Shown: positions 36,484 through 44,747 of the stretch, one piece after another
Layout: each line of letters begins with the position of its first letter
Position numbering within the stretch: position 1 is the first letter of the stretch
Source: Octopus bimaculoides
Taxonomy: Eukaryota
Direction: 5' to 3'
DNA: 44,747 bases
NCBI RefSeq assembly: GCF_001194135.2
Contig: NC_068985.1
Location: 8,294,654 to 8,339,400 of the forward strand
Made by a program: the position numbers and the translations under genes
The notes under the pieces: generated by a model
What the model was told of the DNA's origin: nothing
The model's database searches: none
Seen by the model: the letters and a program-made list of their open reading frames with translations, nothing else

Positions 36484-37950
36484 AGTTCCCTTCTCATGGG
36501 TGCCAGACGCCCTTCGTTTTGCTAAAGTTCCAGTTAGCATAGTCAATGCTATAGCTGACCTAGCTTCATCGTGGGTCACAATCTTGAAGTTAAATACAAA
36601 GGGCCTTGACCTGATTACAATATTCCCAAAGGATACAGGATTGAAGTTTGGTCAGGATAAATGTTGAGATATGGTTGAGAAAAGAGGGGAAACTGTAAAC
36701 CAGACTGGCAGCGTCTCCATCAATGACTTAACCTTTTCTCTGTATCTTATGAGAAATGTTACGGGTACCTAGGGGTGGATGGAAACAAATCTTACGATGG
36801 TACCTGTAAAGAGACAAATGCCACTAAAGAATATTGCAGCCTGATAAGTAAAATATGGGCCTCAGAACTCTCTGCATTCAATAAAATAGTGGCCCACAAA
36901 GCGTTTACAGTACCAGTACTCATACCGGCATTTGGGCTGCTTGATTGAACGCTTGATGAGATCCTAGCCATTGATGTGAAAACCCGGAAAATACTAACAA
37001 GCACATAATTTTCACATCAACAGTGATGTAAACCGACTCTGTTTGAAACGAAAACAAGGGGACGGAGGCTTAACATCGATCCAGACTGCCTTTGAATGTC
37101 ATATCATATCCCTTCGGCAACATCTTTTAACCATTAGGTGTCGAAGTGCATCTCTTGACCAAGTTTGAAAACACGAGGCTGATAATATCATGAGACTTGG
37201 AAAGCAGCTCCTCGAGCAACATTATCCGATAACCTTTAATACCTGTCCAAAGAAGTCGTACGTCTCTACCGCAACGTATTATCAGATGGGAGGATGAGTG
37301 TATATGAGCAGAAGACCATGTTGGCAGAAAGCTCCAGTGTAACAGCTACGCTGATTGTCAAAGCAGTTTGCCATAGACCAACAGCCGGTTTACTAACTCT
37401 CACTTTGAAGGAAATTAACCAAATACTTAATGCACAAAAGGGAGAGAGACGTAGGGACAAAACACCAAAAGGTAATAACCGATGCAGACTTTGTGAAGTT
37501 AACACCAAAAATATTACTCACATTATAAGCAGTTATCCAAAAATGTTATCGCGTTATTATCTACCGATGAGACATGATGTTGTAAGCAAGGGACTGTATA
37601 ATGAGATACGCGGAAAGGGTAACCACGAGGTCAAAGAAATAAGAACCCACAGTATGGTAGATGCCATAGCCACTCATAAGTGCTGGTGGAATGTTTCAGA
37701 GAAAATCTTAATAACATGTAAACACAACAGACCTAATACAATGGTTTGGGACGCAGAAGAGAAACTGTGTACAGGTGTACAGTAGTGGAAATGAGATGCC
37801 CAGCAGATGATAACATAAGGCTAAAGATGAGCGAAAAGGAAAATACCTACGCTGAACTGTTGACAAATCTACAGTTACTGTACCCAAAATACAAGTCATT
37901 ATGCAAAGAGTCATTGGCTCACCGTCGTCGTCGTTTAGTTCCAGACTAAA
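36484..37950 (+). mobile_element. R4/Dong-clade element, copy B (partial RT, CCHC and restriction-like endonuclease)
   Basis: VPFSWVPDALRFAKVP, RKQGGR, CRLCEVNTKNITHIISSYP...RHDVV, HNRPNTMVWDAEEKLC..VEMRCP (PD-(D/E)xK region). Confidence 0.85.
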
Positions 37951-38019
37951 CACGATTGAAAAAAAATCTAAATTCGAAAGATATTTCTTTCATAGGCTTC
38001 ATTTTGTCTATACCTGAGA

Positions 38020-38395
38020 CTACGCATTGAATGGCCGAATGATTAAGAAGTTCGTACGCAACTCAAGGTCACGATGTTCGATTTCACTGTGTGGCATTCT
38101 TCGATAAATGTAATTTTTTATAGGCTACAATTCGACCCTTGTGTGTAAAGGTGTATAGATGGAAGCTGTATGGAAAGAAACCCGTCCGATGGGTTGTGCT
38201 TGTCACACTCTATGTCACTCTATGTCACACTATGTCATACTGTATGTCACACTGTATGTCACTAGTTATATCTGAGAATTACGTTAAGAGCACACATGCT
38301 TGTGAGACACTGAGTCACCAATGCACTAACTCAATGAGTTGGTCATTCAATCGATCAAAGAATTGAACCCTCATCGTCGAACGACGGACACCTAT
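38020..38395 (+). mobile_element. Old SINE with family A-type tail
   Basis: Decayed tRNA head; gagaattacgttaag...gaaccctcatcgtcg tail. Confidence 0.55.
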
Positions 38396-39202
38396 CTATT
38401 AAAACCTACATCATCCAGTGTGCACTTGCTTTCATTTTTTTAAAAAGGCAGAGTAAGATTAATGGAAGTTTGGTTACTGTTTCTAGCGACTCAAACATCG
38501 TTATAGGGACTTCTTTACTTGCACACCATCGTGGTGACTTAGCTCTCAGATAAGCCAATCTTAGACCAAAGGCTTCCCTGCAGTGCTGAATTTGCGCTAT
38601 CTTTATGTGTTAGAGCATACTGAGAAAATGTTTAAAATACATGGAGTTTTACCACAGAAGGAAACTTTGAAGATATACCATCAACTTTATTATATTATCT
38701 AGTAGATAATCTTTTAATGTGAAGTATGTTTTAAGAGAGATTTGGCTGCTATTTGGAGTAGTTCAAGTTACCACAGAGACACCTCTGTGTGTGTGTTTTG
38801 TTGTGGTTATTTAGCACAATAATTTTTAAAGAAATCTGGACAACTTTCTTATTGCTAACCATTCAACTTCAAATTGCAATTGTTAATCGTTGGATGTACA
38901 TATAGAGTGGGATGTACATATAGTGTTATCGTATAGAGTGGAAGTTCAATAGGAAGTGTCGAACTCATAATCTTCTGGTTAGTAATCTATTACCTTAAAT
39001 TTGAAGCCATTAAGTCTATTTTACTGTTGCCATGATGGGGTATCACCTTAAAATATTTAACTGATCATACTGACTTCAGTACGTATTTCAATCTGGCATT
39101 TATCTTATAGATCTCTGCTTGATGGACTGCTATCTTTGTGACATAATGAGACACAATACTCGATTTAACAACAGATTAAACACACACACACACACACACA
39201 TA

Positions 39203-39360
39203 TTAGGTGCAAGTATGAGTGTGAGGTTGAGACGTTTGCTTCCAAATCACATGGTCCCACGTTCAGTCCCACTGCATGGTACCTTGGGCAAGTGTTTTCT
39301 ACTATAGCTTTTGACCAACCACAGACTTGGGACTGAATTTGGTTGACGAAACTGCAACGT
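39203..39360 (+). mobile_element. SINE family B head, diverged
   Basis: cacatggtcccacgttcagtcccactgcatggtaccttgggcaagtg. Confidence 0.75.
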
Positions 39361-39587
39361 TGTTCATCAGAAAATGACCGAAAAATATGTTTATAAAGAA
39401 GAGTAGTTTGCTTCATACTCTTCGTATGCCGATTCTGCTCATAAGAAAGGAACAAATAATACAATGTGGCTGTAGGTTATAACTCTAGGCAACGCCGGGG
39501 TGCATAGCAAGTAATGAATATGAAGAACCGGCACCCATACTGCTGTAATGCTGCTACTGTTGCTGCAGGAGCTGTTGATGATGGAAA

Positions 39588-39628
<41 letters not shown>

Positions 39629-39944
39629 GTCCTACATAGAATAAAGTAACTTTACGATACTGAATGTCAATAAGTACTTTGAAATAAAGTTAAATATAGA
39701 AAATAATAAAACGTATTCACACTTAGTCATGCATCCAAACGTTTTTATTATTTTTTCTTCTGTAACAGATTAACTGCATGTATATCAATGTGCGTGTATA
39801 TGTGTCGGTGTGTACTTCAGGATGCGTACACCTACACGTAATACAGACACACACACACACACACACGTTGTCTGATCAATAGGTATCTGAACTGTTGTCA
39901 TAGTAACGAAGCTAAAGCACGTAGAGTAAAACCGCTTCGCACAG

Positions 39945-40690
39945 ATTGACCTTAAACTTTGATGCGCATGCTCACTAAGTTCTAATGTTCTAGCTCAATT
40001 CCGCATTTTACAGCAGTGTTTGGAAGGAAGGTGTGTAGCGTGTGATCGTCACATTGACTATGACAGAGAAAGTTGATCAGAGAGTCTGCATCAAAGTTTG
40101 CCAAAAGTTTGGTGATACCTGCTCACAGGCCTACGCAAATTTTCAAAAGGTTTTCATTCTTCTCAACACAATCAAGGAGATCTTGTGCAACTGAAACCCG
40201 TCTTTTTGTTCAGCTGAAAGCAGTTTTGGCACAAACTTAGCAGACACGCGTCTCATACCCAAATCTTTTAGTGATAATGGACTGAACTGAACCGTAACTA
40301 ATCTGCCGATCTTATGATAACTTACGGATGGTGATTCGATGGTGATTTCCTCTCGCAGCTGGACGCATATCTGCGATGTTTTTCTCAGTTCTGCTAGTTG
40401 TAGGTCTCTGAGAACGTTCGTCGATACCGACATTTTGTCGGCTATCTTCGAAACGTGAGAACCACTCGTACACTTGTGTGCGGCTCATGTACCTCTTTCC
40501 ATACACTTTCTGCAACTTTCCGTAGGCTTCTGTGTAGGTTTCGCCATGACAACTATCATTGTCATGGTCAATGCGACGATCACACGCTACACACCTTCCT
40601 TCCAAGCATCGCTGTAAACCACGGATGTGAGCCAGATTGTTAAAACTTAGTGCACATGCACAGCAGGATTCAAGGTCAATCTTTGTCAAG
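39945..40690. mobile_element. Two convergent mariner 5' ends (plus about 39945-40140, minus about 40140-40690)
   Basis: Plus: MTEKVDQRVCIKVCQK. Minus: MSRTQVYEWFSRF...RPTTSRTEKN...RRVSAKFVPKLL. The leaders are homologous in inverted orientation. Confidence 0.8.
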
Positions 40691-40777
40691 TGACTCTATT
40701 CTGCGTGCTATAGCTTCGTTACTATCGCAACAGTATGGTAACTTATTGATCAGACCGCGTATATATACATACATACA

Positions 40778-40818
<41 letters not shown>

Positions 40819-41224
40819 CTCACGCACACATACACTTTTATACGCGTGCGAGTGATTTTGTGTGTGTGTGTGTGTGTGTAAAATGAACCCTATAGTAAAA
40901 TTGGAGGACTCTCCTCACCGAATCGACTACAGAAAAACAATCTTAAACACACACACGCACAGACAAAGCAGAAAATTAACTTACATATGTAAAAAATGCA
41001 AATGAGCAAAAAGTGTTACATTTGCTCATTTGCATATCAACACACTCGTTGACAGCCACTATTAATCAACTAAAATATTGAAACAATGCGCGTGTGTGAG
41101 TGTGAATATTTTATAAATAAGCATACATGCTTATTTCTTATTTCGTTCTCTAAACATAAATTTAAGTGAGTTGAGTAAATCAATCCGGTAGTTAAACTAA
41201 GCAATTTTCTCTGCAGAATGAACT

Positions 41225-42416
41225 ACAGGGAACTCGTCTAATTTCAGCGACTCATTATTGTTTCACTGGAGGTATTCTCTTAATGTGTAGCTAATTGGTA
41301 ATTTTAGTAAGATTTCACACGCGGCACGCAGTTGTTCTTGCAGAATCAAAGCTCATTCCTGGCGCAGTTTTGCCTTCAGAGCATCGAGCGATGCATGAGG
41401 AGTGCCCGAAACCCTCGTCTCCAAAATGGACCAATCAGAAAAATCCAACGGGTTGAGATCGGGGCTTCTTGAAGGCTATACATCTTTACCTGTGAACGAC
41501 GGAATATTTTTTCTGAATCCAGTGTTGTGCCTGTTTGGAGCTATTGGATGATACTGAGACCCGTTGGAGGCTCCAAGGCGCACCTTGAAGGTACTCATTC
41601 GCCCATGGAAGCAATCCGGCTTCCAGAATGTCGCTAAAGAATCGCTGGGTAATTTTAACACCCGAGGGCACAAAAACGAGGAGAGACTTTCCACTGGCTG
41701 TCACAGCAGCCCAAACCATAACTGACAGTGGATTTTGACGTTCATTTACGAGTCTACCCTCGACGGAGCCAGATACTCCCCAATGTCGGTCATTGTGGTG
41801 GTTTACTGTTCGATGTCAAATTTCTTTTCATTACTGAATACCAGGTTGAGCAGCGTGTGCCTTCAGCAATCTGATGCAGAATAAGACGACTTCTCTCCTG
41901 TCTCATGGCCTCATAAACTTATATGAGCTCAAGACGACGGGTCGTGTTTTAGGGGTGTGTCCTGAGATCATCCTTCAGTACTCGATACGTTGATGTTTGG
42001 CTTATTTTTGCTGTGACAGCCAGTTTTCTGACGGAACGACGAGGATTTCACCGCATCTTTTCTCTCGTATTTTGATAAGGTCAGGGGTCTGCACACTTAT
42101 TTTTTGGTCATGTCCAGGTCAATCAGTGATTGAACCAGCCTCTTGAAATCTGTTGACAATTATCCGGACTGTCGTTCGGCTAAGTTTAAGTTTTCTTTTT
42201 GCTGCAGCTGTATTATTTTCGCTTCGTTTGTAGAAGATACTGATTGTGTTTCGGTCTATAGCCATTATCTAATTTATAAATCTGAATTTATTTAGTCTGA
42301 AACAGAAAGAAGATACACGAAGCTTTAATATTGATGTATAATTTTCATATCTTATCATATTTATTGGTAGTTATTAAACACCGTATCTTCGGTTGCCTTA
42401 ATTTCGGGCCACCCCG
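41225..42416 (-). mobile_element. Tc1/mariner superfamily element of maT (DD37D)-like type, decayed
   Basis: VFSNEKKFD, SVMVWAAVTASGKSLLVFVPSGVK, a decayed QQD region and a SPDLNPLDFS motif. TIR-like end caccccg+TA at 42416; the other end is weak. Confidence 0.8.
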
Positions 42417-42420
42417 TATA

Positions 42421-42591
42421 TACAGGAGTGACTGTGTGGTAAGTAGCTTGCTTACCAACCACATGGTTCCGGGTTCAGTCTCACTGCGTGGCATCTTGGG
42501 CAAGTGTCTTCTACTATAGCCTCGGGCCGACCAAAGCCTTGCGAGTGGATTTGGTAGATGGAAACTGAATGAAGCCCGTCGTATATATATG

Positions 42592-42624
<33 letters not shown>

Positions 42625-42676
42625 TTGTCCCCCTAGCATTGCTTGACAACCGATGTTGGTGTGTTTACGTCCCCGT
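42421..42676 (+). mobile_element. SINE family B, running into a gap
   Basis: Head, internal (AT)(GT), tail start. Confidence 0.85.
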
Positions 42677-43544
42677 NNNNNNNNNNNNNNNNNNNNNNNN
42701 NNNNNNNNNNNNNNNNNNNNNNNNNNNNNNNNNNNNNNNNNNNNNNNNNNNNNNNNNNNNNNNNNNNNNNNNNNNNNNNNNNNNNNNNNNNNNNNNNNNN
42801 NNNNNNNNNNNNNNNNNNNNNNNNNNNNNNNNNNNNNNNNNNNNNNNNNNNNNNNNNNNNNNNNNNNNNNNNNNNNNNNNNNNNNNNNNNNNNNNNNNNN
42901 NNNNNNNNNNNNNNNNNNNNNNNNNNNNNNNNNNNNNNNNNNNNNNNNNNNNNNNNNNNNNNNNNNNNNNNNNNNNNNNNNNNNNNNNNNNNNNNNNNNN
43001 NNNNNNNNNNNNNNNNNNNNNNNNNNNNNNNNNNNNNNNNNNNNNNNNNNNNNNNNNNNNNNNNNNNNNNNNNNNNNNNNNNNNNNNNNNNNNNNNNNNN
43101 NNNNNNNNNNNNNNNNNNNNNNNNNNNNNNNNNNNNNNNNNNNNNNNNNNNNNNNNNNNNNNNNNNNNNNNNNNNNNNNNNNNNNNNNNNNNTCATAAGA
43201 TAAACATAATAAAAAGATTACACGTGTTTCATAACTAATTTTCAAATAGAAAGGAAATTTAAATCGATTAAAATCAATTGGAATTATCGAAAATAAATTC
43301 TATTCAAAAATATAGCTAATCGTCAGATCGTAAGTAGAACAATAATTAGATATATATATCTCAACCAACAATAAGTACCAAATGAATTAATATGAAATAC
43401 TTATTATATAAAGATAGAAAAAATATTAAAAATATCATAATATCAAAATAATAACCATTCAATAATCATCCCTTCATCCATTATAATAACATGTATATTA
43501 TATACAAAAAACATCTTACATAAATTATCATTGTTTTAAATTAT

Positions 43545-43780
43545 CATTGTTACTCGACAGGGCGCATAGCTTGGAGATCAGAAAGTCATTCCAGGTCGAG
43601 GCGTTTCTTGTCTGCTTTGGTAGGTCACAGCTACGGTACTATGGACATGATAAGAATGTCACAAGAAAGCATGGCATGAGGGATTCAAATGACCCGGCCG
43701 CTAGAAGACTTAGAAGTAAACCGAAAACGAGATGATTGAGAGGACGATTCTTCAGAGGAATCCACCTATTTCGGCCGCAT
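43545..43780 (+). mobile_element. 3' fragment of an RTE-like LINE ORF
   Basis: QLRYYGH...IRMSQES..KPKTR resembles the RTE C-terminal LRWxGHVxRM...GRPxxRW motif. Confidence 0.6.
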
Positions 43781-43844
43781 GTATGTATATGTGTGCCTCA
43801 GTGTGTGTATGTGGTTGTATGTGTGTGTGTGCGTGTGTGTGTGG

Positions 43845-43888
<44 letters not shown>

Positions 43889-44250
43889 TTGTATGTGTAT
43901 CTATTTATACATATGTATATATGCTTGTGTCTGTTTGTATATGTGTGTTTTTGTGTGTGTGTGCATGTCTGTTGGCATGTGGGTGTGTCTGTGTGTGCGT
44001 TTGTGTATGTGTTTGTGTGTGTGTGTGTATTCGTACATTTGTATATATGCATGTGTGTGTTTGTATATGTGTGTGCTTGTGTGTGTGTGGATGTATGTTG
44101 GCATGTGTGTGTGTCTGTATTTATATACATGTATATAAATATGCATATATGTATATATGAACCTTTCTCTCTTCCTCCCTCTCTCTCTTTCTTTCTTTCC
44201 CTCTCTCTTTCTCTTTCTCTCTTTGTCTCTTTCTGTCTCTCACTCTCTCT
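43780..44250. repeat. Degenerate (GT)n/(GTAT) tract followed by (CT)n
   Basis: Visible repeats. Confidence 0.9.
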
Positions 44251-44715
44251 GTAACATTATTACATGTATTATGCACATATGAAATTGGTCAAAATGACGT
44301 TTTTGGCAACAAGACTCCGAGTAAAAATATGTAAAATAAACAAGTTCAAGGCTTCTCATAATTATCATCATACGAATAAATAATGAAAGTGAATCAGTGC
44401 ATGAAACATACCTGGACATACAACGACACATTTGTTTAGTATAAGACTGGTTTTATGATTCTGCAATAAACAAAAATTTATCACCAACTTATAAAGCTTA
44501 ACAACCGATATTACGTAAACAATTCTTGTGGCATGACCGGATTTTCCACCTTAATTTTGAAATTCCCTACAAGTAAAAATACCATTGCTTAACTACCGTA
44601 GACAAAAGAATGTAGTTTGCCTACCACAGTTGGCTTGCTTTTGCGTTCTGGAGTGTTAGCTTGTAATTCCTTCTATAATTTGCATAGCAATTTCTTAATA
44701 CTTAAATTACAGTAA

Positions 44716-44747
<32 letters not shown>

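Noticed and set aside
1-44747. CRISPR array or prokaryotic system
   Set aside because: No regularly spaced repeats with unique spacers; the sequence is eukaryotic, and recurring motifs are SINE copies.

Overview
AT-rich, microsatellite-rich animal genomic DNA from a gapped draft assembly. The SINE repertoire suggests an octopus or other cephalopod (inference, not checked). Most of the window is transposon debris: at least four tRNA-derived SINE families, a Penelope-like element, two gag-like ORF1 paralogs, CR1-like and RTE-like LINE ends, mariner and maT transposase relics, and several MITEs. Three things stand out. (1) A three-exon host gene missed by the ORF track (26754-33449, +) encodes a 73-aa signal peptide / Thr-rich glycopeptide / GPI-signal protein with CD24/CD52-like architecture. 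(2) A 68-nt piece of 28S rRNA sits directly upstream of a tandem pair of R4/Dong-clade retrotransposons, which suggests an rDNA-targeting family using a site far from the R2 site. (3) A minimal type I hammerhead ribozyme motif lies at 23032-23071. Repeat boundaries are hand-read and approximate.
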